A program made the position numbers and the translations under genes. Below, in pieces: positions 45,118 through 56,600 of a DNA stretch of 64,000 bases. The stretch lies in the NCBI RefSeq assembly GCF_988242995.1, contig NZ_OZ547043.1. The stretch is one strand, 5' to 3'. The notes under the pieces are model-generated. The model ran no database searches. It was not told the DNA's origin and saw only the letters and a program-made list of their open reading frames with translations. Every line of letters starts with the position of its first letter. Positions within the stretch are counted from its first letter, which is position 1.

Positions 45118-46530
45118 TTATTCCATTGCCCGATACACGGCCTCGCCAATTTGCTTCAGTGCTTCGCGATAGGTTTCGCTGAGCGGCAAAGCGCAGTTGA
45201 TGCGCAGACAATTACGGTATTTGCCGGAAGCTGAGAAAATCGAGCCTGCCGCCACCTGGATTTTCATGCGGCACAGCTGCCGCGCGACGCAGACCATATC
45301 GACCTGTTCAGGCAATTCTATCCACAGTAAAAATCCGCCTTTCGGGCGCGTAATACAGATTTCGCAGGGAAAATATTCCCGTATCCAGCAGGTATAAAGC
45401 GCCAAATTGCGCTGATAGATCTGCCGCATCCGCCGGATATGGCGATGATAGTGACCTTCCAGCACAAACGTTGCCGCCGCCATTTGCGTGGACGGCACAT
45501 TAAAGCTGCTGATGGCGTATTTCATATGCATCAGTTTATCGTGATAACGCCCCGGTGCGACCCAACCCACGCGCAGGCCTGGTGCAATACTTTTACTGAA
45601 CGAGCTGCACAACAGCACTCGCCCGTCGATATCCCAGGAATGAATGGTCCGCGGGCGCGGATACTCCGTCGCCAGTTCGCCATAGACATCATCTTCAAAA
45701 ATCACAATATCATGACGCTGAGCGAGAGAGAGAACGGCCCGTTTGCGCGCGTCCGGCATAATAAATCCCAGCGGATTATTACAGTTTGGCACCAGAATGA
45801 TGCCTTTAATCGGCCACTGTTCCAGCGCCAGTTCCAGCGCTTCAACGCTGATGCCAGTTTCTGGATCGGTTGGGATTTCAATCACTTTCACGCCCATGCC
45901 GCGCAGCATCTGCATCGAACCGTAATAACAGGGGGATTCGACCGCGACAATATCGCCCGGTTTACACACTGCCATTAACGCCAGCGACATCGAGTTATGG
46001 CAGCCGCTGGTGATGATGATGTCATCGGCGGTGACCACCGAGCCGCTGTCGAGCATCAGGCGGGCAATCTGCTCTCGCAATACTCGCTGACCGGCTAACA
46101 AGTCATAACCGAGAACGGTTTGCAGATTATGCTGCACCACCCGGCTTAGCTCCCGCCAAAGCGGTTTCAGGCTGGGCGCTTCGACATCCGGTGTGCTTTT
46201 GCTTAACGGAACAATGGAACTGTCGCTATGCGCCTCCAGCATATCCAGCACCTGATCCCACTGGGTAATTTCCACCGGGCGCTGCACCGGACGCGTCATC
46301 GGCGGTACTGGCGGCTGGGCTTTACGTTGTGCGACAAAATAACCCGAACGCGGCTGCGGAGTGATGAGCTTCATCGTCTCCAGCGTCTGATACGCCTGCT
46401 GCACGGTGCTGATACTGACGCCGTGCTCCTGACTTAAGCTGCGCACCGACGGCAATTTCTCCCCGTGACGATACAGCCCTTGCTCAATCCGCTCGGCAAG
46501 CAGAGTTGCCAGATGTTGATAACGCGTCAT
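45118..46530 (-). CDS. yjiR: MocR-family regulator (GntR HTH fused to PLP-aminotransferase domain)
   Basis: 470-aa ORF with N-terminal HTH and aminotransferase-like remainder. Confidence 0.85.
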   Translation of the reverse strand: MTRYQHLATLLAERIEQGLYRHGEKLPSVRSLSQEHGVSISTVQQAYQTLETMKLITPQPRSGYFVAQRKAQPPVPPMTRPVQRPVEITQWDQVLDMLEAHSDSSIVPLSKSTPDVEAPSLKPLWRELSRVVQHNLQTVLGYDLLAGQRVLREQIARLMLDSGSVVTADDIIITSGCHNSMSLALMAVCKPGDIVAVESPCYYGSMQMLRGMGVKVIEIPTDPETGISVEALELALEQWPIKGIILVPNCNNPLGFIMPDARKRAVLSLAQRHDIVIFEDDVYGELATEYPRPRTIHSWDIDGRVLLCSSFSKSIAPGLRVGWVAPGRYHDKLMHMKYAISSFNVPSTQMAAATFVLEGHYHRHIRRMRQIYQRNLALYTCWIREYFPCEICITRPKGGFLLWIELPEQVDMVCVARQLCRMKIQVAAGSIFSASGKYRNCLRINCALPLSETYREALKQIGEAVYRAME

Positions 46531-46706
46531 GCTGTATTCCTTATTTGGACCATACAGAGAGAAAAACCGGTACAGATGAGGCTAAAAAACCGGATGCAGA
46601 TGCTGTTTTAACCTGTCTGTATGTTAAATAAAACTAATATTTGCATCTGTATTGTGAACTGCCTGAAGGTGGATGATGAAGCCTCTGAAAGATGAGGAGG
46701 CAGCAG

Positions 46707-46871
46707 ATGGAATTTTACGAAAACAAAGCCAAAACGCCGTTTATCAGACTTGTGCAACTCTGGCAGGCGGTGAGGCGTTGGCGGCGGCAAATGCAGACCC
46801 GACGAGTGTTACAGCAGATGAGTGATGAGCGGTTGAGGGATATCGGGTTACGCAGGGAGGATGTGGAGTGA
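46707..46871 (+). CDS. yjiS: DUF1127-family small protein
   Basis: Found by hand (below ORF-track size cutoff): GAGGAGG RBS, ATG at 46707, MEFYENKAKTPFIRLVQLWQAVRRWRRQMQTRRVLQQMSDERLRDIGLRREDVE, 54 aa. Confidence 0.8.
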   Translation: MEFYENKAKTPFIRLVQLWQAVRRWRRQMQTRRVLQQMSDERLRDIGLRREDVE

Positions 46872-47320
46872 GGGGGATATAGATTTATATATAATAAAAC
46901 GTTTTTATGTTGTTAAATTAAGTTATAAAAATTTTCCCGAGACAATTCATCAATAGGTATGGAGTGTACAGGAATATCTTCTTCACTAACCTCTTTAAAC
47001 TCATACTGATAACGGTCAAAAAACGCACAGTGATTACTTGTGTTTTTTGACTGACTTTACAACTCTCATTATTCGCTATTGTGCAGTTTCTCTAATTGTT
47101 TTATATCCTGGAATGTTAAATGTCAGCTACTGAATACTTTTTGATTGTTTGAGATTTATTTTCATTTGAAATTATAAAATCAGGTGATAAATGAGTTGTG
47201 ATTAATAGATGGTTGATATCATTTTTATCAAAAATTGATTTCTAGTATCGACCTTAAAAAATAGTTGTTGCCGCTTGGTTAATTATACGATATTTTGAAA
47301 AGTTTTCTTTCAAATTAGAA

Positions 47321-50300
47321 ATGTTGTGGGGTTTTGTTTTTGTATCTTTTATCTCTAAGGAGCTTGCTTTGGGTCAATCAGAATACATTTCATGGGTAAA
47401 ATGTACTTCCTGGCTAAGTAACTTTGTGAATCTTAGAGGGTTGAGACAACCGGATGGACGTCCTCTTTATGAATATCATGCAACCAATGCTGAATATAAC
47501 CAATTAACGCAGCTACTCTGTGCTGTTGGTCAATCACAATCTAATATATGTAATAGAGACTTTGCTGCCTGTTTTGTTCTTTTTTGCTCTGAGTGGTACC
47601 GCAGGGATTATGAACGGCAATGCGGATGGACGTGGGACCCTATATATAAAAAAATAGGGATTTCATTCACCGCCACAGAGCTTGGTACTATCGTACCGAA
47701 AGGGATGGAAGATTACTGGCTGCGCCCAATTCGATTTTATGAATCTGAACGACGTAATTTTCTCGGAACATTATTCAGTGAAGGTGGTTTACCTTTCCGG
47801 CTACTCAAAGAATCAGACAGTCGCTTTCTGGCTGTTTTCTCCAGGATCCTTGGACAATATGAGCAAGCAAAGCAGTCAGGTTTTTCTGCCCTTTCGCTGG
47901 CAAGAGCTGTCATAGAAAAATCAGCGCTGCCAACTGTTTTTAGCGAAGATACCTCTGTAGAACTTATCAGTCATATGGCTGATAACCTCAATTCCTTAGT
48001 ACTTACTCACAACCTAACAAATCACAAAGAACCAGTACAACAGCTTGATAAGGTTCACCCTACCTGGCGAAGCGAGTTTCCAATACCGTTAGATGATGAA
48101 ACAGGAACGCATTTTTTGAATGGACTGCTATGCGCAGCCTCTGTAGAGGCTAAGCCTCGACTACAAAAAAATAAGAGTACGCGTTGCCAATTCTATTGGT
48201 CAGAAAAGCATCCAGATGAGCTTAGGGTGATAGTATCTCTTCCTGACGAAGTTTCCTTTCCTGTAACTAGCGAGCCGTCAACTACGCGCTTTGAACTTGC
48301 CATTTATGAAGATGGTGAGGAAGTCTCTGGCCTTGGGCCAGCCTATGCTTCCCTGGAAAACAGACAGGCAACAGTTCGATTACGTAAAAGCGAAGTGAGA
48401 TTTGTCAGGCAAAATCCATCTGCAGGTTTGTCGTTAGTGGCTCGTGCTGGAGGGATGATTGTTGGGAGCATTAAACTTGATGACAGTGAAATTGCCATTG
48501 GTGAGGTGCCGTTAACCTTCATCGTTGATGCAGATCAATGGCTGTTACAGGGACAGGCCTCCTGCAGTGTGCGAAGCAGCGATGTTCTGATTGTGCTCCC
48601 TCGGGACAATAGCACTGTTGCTGGTTTTGATGGCCAATCGAGTGCAGTAAACGTATTAGGACTTAAAGCGCTACCTGTTAAGGGATGTCAGGACGTTACA
48701 GTTACAGCAAATGAAACTTATCGGATTCGCACCGGAAGAGAACAAATCAGCATCGGAAGGTTTGCTCTAAATGGAAAGCGTGCAAGCTGGGTTTGTCATC
48801 CAGATGAGACATTTATTGGTGTACCAAAAGTCATTTCTACACTACCAGATATTCAAAGCATTGATGTAACGCGTTACCTGAGCGGAATTTCAATTGAGCA
48901 ATGTCATATACAAGAGATGCTAGGGGCTCAATATCTTTCTATCCGTAATAGTAATAATGAAACGCTCTTGCGTCGCAAAATCGGTATCTTGCCTGCTGAT
49001 TTCAGTATTGAGATAAAAGGTGGAATGCACGCAAATGAAGGCACTATCGTAATCACCACACAGCATCCTTGTGTAGCAACACTTAAAGATAAAACATTGG
49101 AGGCTACACGTAAGCGTACTGAGGGGCGAACAGAGATACAACTCAAAGCGGAAGGGGTACCTCCGGCATTTATTACATTACAAGTTCTGCCTAATTTGGC
49201 GGCTGATACCATCGACATTGAGTTACCTTTCCCAGCTAAAGGCTGCCTTGCTCTTGATGTAAACGGACGTCCTCTGGATAAAAACATTACGCTGCATGAT
49301 CTGCTGGGTTCCAGAGCATTCCTGTTCTCCAGAAATGGTGAGCCGACAAAATATACATTGCAGTTGCATTTGCGCTCCATTAGTGGATTACAGGCATGGC
49401 ACGAATGGAGTTATACGGCATTGAGCGAGCGTCCTGTTGAATTGAATCTCTATAGTCTACGTGAACACATTGAAAATCTGATTTCACTTGAGGCAGGTAT
49501 TGATCAGGTTGTTGAGATGCGTATTACGGGGGCGGGTGTGGTCATGGCCTGGCAAATTCGTCGCTATAAATACAGCCTGCGCTATGATTATGAAAAAGAA
49601 CTATTACTCAGCCAGTCAGTGAACCATCGTGCTGGACAGATTCCTTCCCCCGTTATCATGCTGTTAAGTGAACCCGAGAGGAAATCCATTCCCTTAGCAT
49701 CAAGAATGAGCGAGGGAGTGCCTGTCGGTGAATATGAGTTGAGCTCAATCGTTAACAAAAACGGACCATGGTTGGTTGTTCCTAAACCGGGTGAAGAGAT
49801 GGCTTTTCGCCCCTGCTTCATTCGTGGCGAATCTTCGTTACCGGTAGAAGAAAGCAACATCCGCTCATTGCAGAAAGCGACCCAGCTTTTTAATCCACAG
49901 GCAGAAGTTAATACCATCACACGGGTTCTCGGACAGATGGCTAACGATCCTGCCCATTCCGGCTGGCAATTTATGCGTAGCCTGTACGATCAATTTGGTT
50001 ATTTACCGCTGGCAACCTTTGAAGTATGGCGTGCACTAGTGCAGCATCCGCAGGCATTGGCGATGTCGCTCTTCAAATTCGAAATGTCAGCAGAGTATCT
50101 GAGTCGTATTGAGAATGAGTTCCCTATTTTATGGGAGTTTTTCCCCATCTTTGAGATCAAAGCTGCATCTGAGCGTTTCAAATTGTTCCTGAGCCAAAAA
50201 GGTGCACCGGAGGAAACCCAGAAATTACTGGTTACCAATATGTTTCAACGGCTGGGGCTCGTGTTCCCGACATATGCCGATGAAATTGAGAAATGGTTAA

Positions 50301-50659
50301 GTAATGGATATCTCCCCCCGTCTATTCCTGAATCTTGTGTCCACGGGTGGTATCAGGAGCTCTTACGTGAGCACAGTGAAGCTCGCTGGCCTGAATACGG
50401 CTGCAAGCGTCTGTATAAATGGATGATGTCACAAAAAAATCCAGTGATTGGTATTAATCCTGACGCAAATCACCGCTATTCCGTGGCCTGGTTACCCGTC
50501 TTCGCCGCAGCGGTGGCAAGCGGAAATGCTTCTTTTGAATCTGTATTTGACCGTAAACCCGGTGCCGTATTTTTCCTGAGGCAAGTCAGGGATTTCGATT
50601 CCCGCTGGTTTAAGGCCATCTTCCAGTTCAGCCTGTTGCGTTATGTTGCTAAAAAATAA
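47321..50659 (+). CDS. large protein (1112 aa) of unknown function, first gene of candidate defence operon
   Basis: Uninterrupted 3.3-kb ORF. No nucleotide-binding or nuclease motif recognised by eye. An in-frame TTG at 47369 preceded by AAGGAG may be the true start. Stop lies 12 nt before the helicase gene. Confidence 0.8.
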   Translation: MLWGFVFVSFISKELALGQSEYISWVKCTSWLSNFVNLRGLRQPDGRPLYEYHATNAEYNQLTQLLCAVGQSQSNICNRDFAACFVLFCSEWYRRDYERQCGWTWDPIYKKIGISFTATELGTIVPKGMEDYWLRPIRFYESERRNFLGTLFSEGGLPFRLLKESDSRFLAVFSRILGQYEQAKQSGFSALSLARAVIEKSALPTVFSEDTSVELISHMADNLNSLVLTHNLTNHKEPVQQLDKVHPTWRSEFPIPLDDETGTHFLNGLLCAASVEAKPRLQKNKSTRCQFYWSEKHPDELRVIVSLPDEVSFPVTSEPSTTRFELAIYEDGEEVSGLGPAYASLENRQATVRLRKSEVRFVRQNPSAGLSLVARAGGMIVGSIKLDDSEIAIGEVPLTFIVDADQWLLQGQASCSVRSSDVLIVLPRDNSTVAGFDGQSSAVNVLGLKALPVKGCQDVTVTANETYRIRTGREQISIGRFALNGKRASWVCHPDETFIGVPKVISTLPDIQSIDVTRYLSGISIEQCHIQEMLGAQYLSIRNSNNETLLRRKIGILPADFSIEIKGGMHANEGTIVITTQHPCVATLKDKTLEATRKRTEGRTEIQLKAEGVPPAFITLQVLPNLAADTIDIELPFPAKGCLALDVNGRPLDKNITLHDLLGSRAFLFSRNGEPTKYTLQLHLRSISGLQAWHEWSYTALSERPVELNLYSLREHIENLISLEAGIDQVVEMRITGAGVVMAWQIRRYKYSLRYDYEKELLLSQSVNHRAGQIPSPVIMLLSEPERKSIPLASRMSEGVPVGEYELSSIVNKNGPWLVVPKPGEEMAFRPCFIRGESSLPVEESNIRSLQKATQLFNPQAEVNTITRVLGQMANDPAHSGWQFMRSLYDQFGYLPLATFEVWRALVQHPQALAMSLFKFEMSAEYLSRIENEFPILWEFFPIFEIKAASERFKLFLSQKGAPEETQKLLVTNMFQRLGLVFPTYADEIEKWLSNGYLPPSIPESCVHGWYQELLREHSEARWPEYGCKRLYKWMMSQKNPVIGINPDANHRYSVAWLPVFAAAVASGNASFESVFDRKPGAVFFLRQVRDFDSRWFKAIFQFSLLRYVAKK

Positions 50660-50671
50660 AAAGGAATAAGG

Positions 50672-53600
50672 ATGACTACACGCTATTTTTCGTCACTTAT
50701 TGAACAATCGTTGTCTCGTTCAACTGAAGCAACGCTCAGTATCATGGGCGTTACAAACCCGCAGTTGCGTGAACATCTCGCGCAGCAAATGGGGGCTGAT
50801 TGTGGGAAACCGGGCTCATTCCTTGCTTCTCCGGTATTCCAGCAAATGTTTGGCTGGAAGGAGTCAAACCACACGATGCGCAGTCTGACGGAAGGCAACG
50901 CATTGTTGAGCAAAGCAGTGGTTGATTCACTGGATGATCAGAGTAATGGCCGGTACCGATTTGGTGCTGACTGGAAGCCTTTTACACACCAGTTAGCCAG
51001 TTGGAAAGCTTTGCTGGAAAAGAAACATTCAGTGGTGGTAACCAGTGGTACGGGTTCAGGTAAAACGGAATGTTTTATGGTACCGGTGCTGGAAGATCTT
51101 TACCGGGAACTGCATGAAAATGGCAACAATCCGTTGGTCGGTGTCCGAGCCCTTTTTCTCTATCCATTGAACGCCTTGATTAATTCACAGCGCGAGCGTC
51201 TGGATGCCTGGACGCGTGGTTTTGGTACTGGGATCCGCTACTGCTTGTATAACGGAAATACAGAAGAGCTCCACGCAAAAATGAAAACAGTGCAGGATAA
51301 TAGACCAAATGAAGTCTTATCCCGTGAAAAGATGCGTCTGGAGCCAGCCCCGATTCTGGTGACCAACGGCACGATGCTGGAATATATGATGGTTCGCCAG
51401 GTCGACGCCCCGATTATCCAGCAATCCAAAGCACAAAAATCACTACGCTGGATTGTACTGGATGAAGCGCATACCTATGTCGGGTCGCAGGCCGCTGAAC
51501 TGGCACTCCAGCTGCGTCGTGTGATGACAGCGTTTGGCGTGACGCCAGATGATGTGCGCTTTGTAGCGACCTCTGCGACCATTGCCTGCAGCGACGCCGA
51601 AAAGCAGCTGAAAAAATTTCTCTCTGAATTATCCGGTATCCCGCAGGAGCGCATCGATGTTCTGGACGGAAGTCGGGTGATTCCTGAACTGGAACCATCC
51701 AAAAACGTTTCTGTTCCGTTAGACGAAATAGAGCAAATACCTGATCTGGATCTAAAAGATAAAAATGATAATAAAATTAAAGGGATAAGCCCTGAGCGCT
51801 TTTATGCGCTTACGCACTCCCCCGAAGCGCGTTACATACGTGAAATGTTGGTTAGCCAACCCAATCCAATGAAACTGGATGAGATGACGCAGCGGTTAAA
51901 TGCGCTGACAAAACAGCATTACAGCCAGCAGGAAGTACTGCGTTGGATCGATGTCTGTTCAGGGACTCAACCTAATGCAAAGGATCCCGCATTTCTTAAA
52001 GTCAGGGCGCATATCTTCCAGCGTAATACCCAAGGAATATGGGCTTGTGTTGATAAAGATTGCAGATTAAAGCACGGTACACCGCTCGAAAAAGGCTGGC
52101 CCTTTGGCTATGTGTATGTGAACCAGCGACAAAATTGTGACTGTGGAAGCCCTGTATACGAAGTTGCATTCTGTAATGATTGTAATGAGCCTCATCTTCT
52201 GGCGCAGGACAAAAAGGGCAAACTTGTCCAATGGGAAAATAAAGGTGGCGATGAGTTCTCCTTGCAGGATGAAGTACCTGTTGAACATGACACTACAGAG
52301 GAAAAAGTCGAAAAAGAGAACGGTTTCCTGCCTCCGTTGATTATTGCCGCAGGAGAGACCAGCGAGACAGGCTATACCCTACAACGCCTCGACCACCAGA
52401 CGCGCCGTATTGGCGTTATTAACAATGACAGCATTCCGCTGATTATTAATGATGTTGAACAGGTTTGTAGCGCCAGTGGCTGTGGCTACAGAGGCATGAG
52501 TGGGAAACAGCCCTTCCGGCGTGCACTATTAGGTGGGCCATTTTACGTTACTAATATCGTGCCCACCGTTCTTGAGTATTGTCAGGACTTTACCAGTGAT
52601 GAAGGCAAAGAGGGCGTCGGACCAGATTCGTTGCCAGGGCGAGGACGTCGACTCATTACCTTTACGGACAGTCGACAAGGTACAGCTCGAATGGCGGTGC
52701 GTATGCAGCAAGAAGCAGAACGCAGTCTCTTACGCGGAAGCGTAGTCGAAATTCTGAGCTGGCATCAACGGACGCAAACGTCCACGGCGCCGAATGCCAA
52801 TGCCGATCTGGAAAAATTAGCGGCCAGGGCAAAGCAAGCCCGTGAGCAGGCAGAAGAATATCGAAGCTGGGGAATGCCAGACCAGGCGAAATTGTCACAA
52901 GCACAGGCTGAACAGCTTGAACAGGCTTATCAGGCTGCAACCGGTGGAAAAGCAGCAACTACCCTGGTATCCCGCACCTGGACAGAAATGGTTAACGAGC
53001 TTAAAGATAAAGCCGATATCCGTGGCCCGGTACTGAAATATAACCACTATTTGCAGCCTGAAGTGTTTAATAAAAACGGCGGGCCACTAAAGCTTTCGGA
53101 AATGTTGTTGTTCCGGGAATTCATGCGTCGCCCTAAACGGACTAACAGCCTGGAAACACAGGGGCTGGTTCAGGTTGGTTACCAGGGGCTGGAGAAAATA
53201 CATAAGAGCCCCTTGCACTGGCAGGAAAAAGGATTAACGCTGGATGACTGGCGCGATTTTCTCAAGGTTACGTTGGATCTTTATGTTCGCGAAAGCAACT
53301 TCACACAGCTGGATGATGAGCTGAAAAACTGGATTGGTAGCCGTTTTTCATCAAAATTCGTCCGTAACCCGGAATCAAAAGATCCTGAAGATAATCAGAA
53401 CAGACGCTGGCCTCAAATTCGTAATGGCAACGTATCCCATCGTTTAGCGAAGTTACTGATGCTGGGGGCTGGATTCAAAACCGTCAATACGGCGACTATT
53501 GATATTATCAATACATGGCTGAAAGAAGCATGGGCCCAACTTACCGGACCACTTGCAGTACTGAAACCCGATGGCAACCGTTTTTATTTACCGAAAGAGC

Positions 53601-56600
53601 ATATGACTTTTTCTTTAATCACGGATGCCTGGATTTGCCCGGTAACCAATAAAATCCTGGATACGGCTTTTAAAGGCTTAACCCCTTATCTGCCCACCCA
53701 TATTTCGTTCGAGCATCTTACCCAGGCGCAATATGACACTTTTGTCGCGCAGAAAGTCACCATGCCGGAAATCTGGAAGCTGGATCGTTCACAGGAAGAC
53801 TACGCAGAGGGTCTGGCAAAAGCACGAGACTGGGTCAACAATGATCCGCTGATCGCACAATTGCGGTCGGAAAACGTCTGGACAGACATCAACGATCGTG
53901 TAGTGGAAGGCGGTTTCTACTATCGCACTGCCGAGCACTCTGCCCAGCAGTCGTCAGAACGCCTGCAAAGCTATGAAAAGATGTTCAAGAACGGGCAACT
54001 AAATGTTCTCAACTGTTCCACCACCATGGAAATGGGGGTTGATATTGGGGGCATTACTGCGGTGGTAATGAACAACGTTCCGCCACATCCGGCCAACTAT
54101 TTACAGCGCGCCGGGCGAGCCGGGCGTAGTAAAGAATCACGCGCGATCTCTTATACCCTATGCAAAGGTAACCCACACGACCAGCAGGTTTTTGCCAACC
54201 CACTCTGGCCATTTGAAACCATGATCCCGGCACCCATGGTCGCGATGAACTCCGCCCGACTGGTGCAACGTCACGTCAATGCATTATTACTGTCTGACTT
54301 TTTATGTAACGTTATTGGCGAAACCGATAAAGAGAAAACCAGCCTCGATAGCCTCTGGTTTTTCGGTGAAGATGACGGGCAGTCAAAATGCGAACGCTTT
54401 AAAGTCTGGCTGGAACGCCCGGTTCTTGATATCGACATGGCGCTGGAACGGCTGGTGAAAGGTACGGCGTTGCATGGCGCAAGAGCCGAACATCTGCGGG
54501 ATAAAACAATCAATGCGATCACCTTCCTGCAACAGCGGTGGCTCTCCGTTTATCGCGATCTCGTGACCCAGGAGCGTGAGTCGCAGCCGCAAACGCCTTA
54601 TCGTAAGCGCATAGAGCTGGAGAAGAAACGGCACTGTGGCGAGTATCTGCTGCGCGATCTGGCTGCCAGAACCTTCCTGCCGGGATACGGTTTCCCGACA
54701 GATGTAGTGACGTTTGATAACTTCACGATGGAAGATTATATCCGCGAAAAATCGCAGAAAAGTCGTGATAAAAAGGACCGTGAAGATAACGTCTCCCGTT
54801 ATAAAGGATTACCTTCCCGTAACCTCGGTGTTGCCATTCGTGAATATGCACCGGGAGCAGAGATCATTCTTGATGGTCGTGTCTTCCGCTCTGCCGGTGT
54901 CTCACTGCACTGGCACAACATTAATGCTGATACCAATGAAGCCCAGCGTCTGGATTGCGCCTGGCGCTGTCACAAATGCGGGACCATTGGCTATGAAGAG
55001 GGGATGAGCAGTTCCGGGATGCTCTTTTGCTCCAACAGCGCCTGCGGCGAAAAAATAACCATGGATAATCGCCGTCAGGTGTTGCAGCCTGCCGGGTTTG
55101 TCACCGATGCACACGCTCCGGTAACGAACAATATTGAAACCATGAAATTCGTCCCGGTTGTCCCCGCGTGGGTCTTTGTTAAAGCAGAGCCTGTACCGTT
55201 GCCTAACCCGCTAATGGGTTATATGGCTTCTGGGGCTGATGGGCATGTTTTCCAGCAAAGTTTGGGGGAAGGTGGACACGGTTATGCATTGTGTCTGAGC
55301 TGTGGCCGTGCGGAGTCGATGCTGAATGAAAATGATGCACCGAAAAGTATGGAAGCTCACTATCCACCGCGTCCGGGTAAAGCGGACCGCGACAGCCAGA
55401 ATCATCGTCTGATTTGCCCCGGTTCGACGGCACTCATGAAGAACGTCACCCTGGGCGCACTGGCGCGCACCGATGTCTTTGAAATGGTTCTGCGCAAACC
55501 GCAAAACGGCGAGTATCTGCCAGATAACACAGAAGAGGGGCGGATTGTCGCTATGACTCTGGCGGTTGCTCTGCGTCAGGCGCTGGCAGGCGTTCTGGGT
55601 ATCTCCGCCGCAGAACTCGGCTATTCTGTACGTCCGGTCAGACTGGAGGATGGGCAATCGGTATTAGCCGTTCAGCTTTATGATGTGATCAGCGGTGGTG
55701 CTGGTTTTGCCTCCAGCGCACCGGTACATATTGAAGCTATATTGCAGGGAATGGTGAAACAGTTAGGCTGCCGCCATTGTGATACTGCATGCAGTGAATG
55801 TCTGCTTGATTCCCAGACTCGCCACGATCACGATTTGCTGGATCGCAAAGTGGCGCTGGCTTGGCTTGGCGATGACTTCACGTATTACATCGGTTTACCG
55901 GATGAAGAGACATTCTCGCTGCCGGATGCCCGCTACTGCCCTGGCGCTATTGGCGATACGATTCGCCGGGCGATTAACGAAGGCGCTGAAAAGCTCACCC
56001 TGTGGATGACTGGCGCGCCCAATGAGTGGGATTTATACGGCCGTCAGTTCCGCGCGGCTATTCAGAGCTATCGGCTAAAAGACAACGTCGAGGTCGATCT
56101 TGTTATTCCTGCGGGAGTGGATGACCCAGACCTGTTGCATGAACTATCGCAATTTACTGCGCTGGGTGTGCGGTTGTGCCATGTTGAGCAGGAGCTGCAA
56201 TTACCGATTGTTGCCCAGGTCACCTTTGCCGATCGCGTGATGACGCTGGCCTCTCGCAGTCAGCAGGCAACGATTCCGGGGCCGGAGTGGCACCTGAATG
56301 ACGAACTGGTGGTGCGTAGTCTCGGTTATCAAACGGTAGAACTGAACGAGTTTATTCTGCCCGCTAAAGCCGCCAACGCTGTCGAGCGGGTCAAAGACAT
56401 TCAGATCCACAAACAGTTGAATGGACCACTTTCGCAGTTTGGGCAACGCTTCTGGGACGTGCTGTTTAACGACCATGAAGAAGCGCAGTCACTGATGAAA
56501 AACACGCGAATTACCGGCGTTCACTATACCGATCGCTATCTGCAAAACCCGGTTGCGCTGGCGTTGTTGGGATCAATTCTGAAACCGCTAAAAACAAAGC

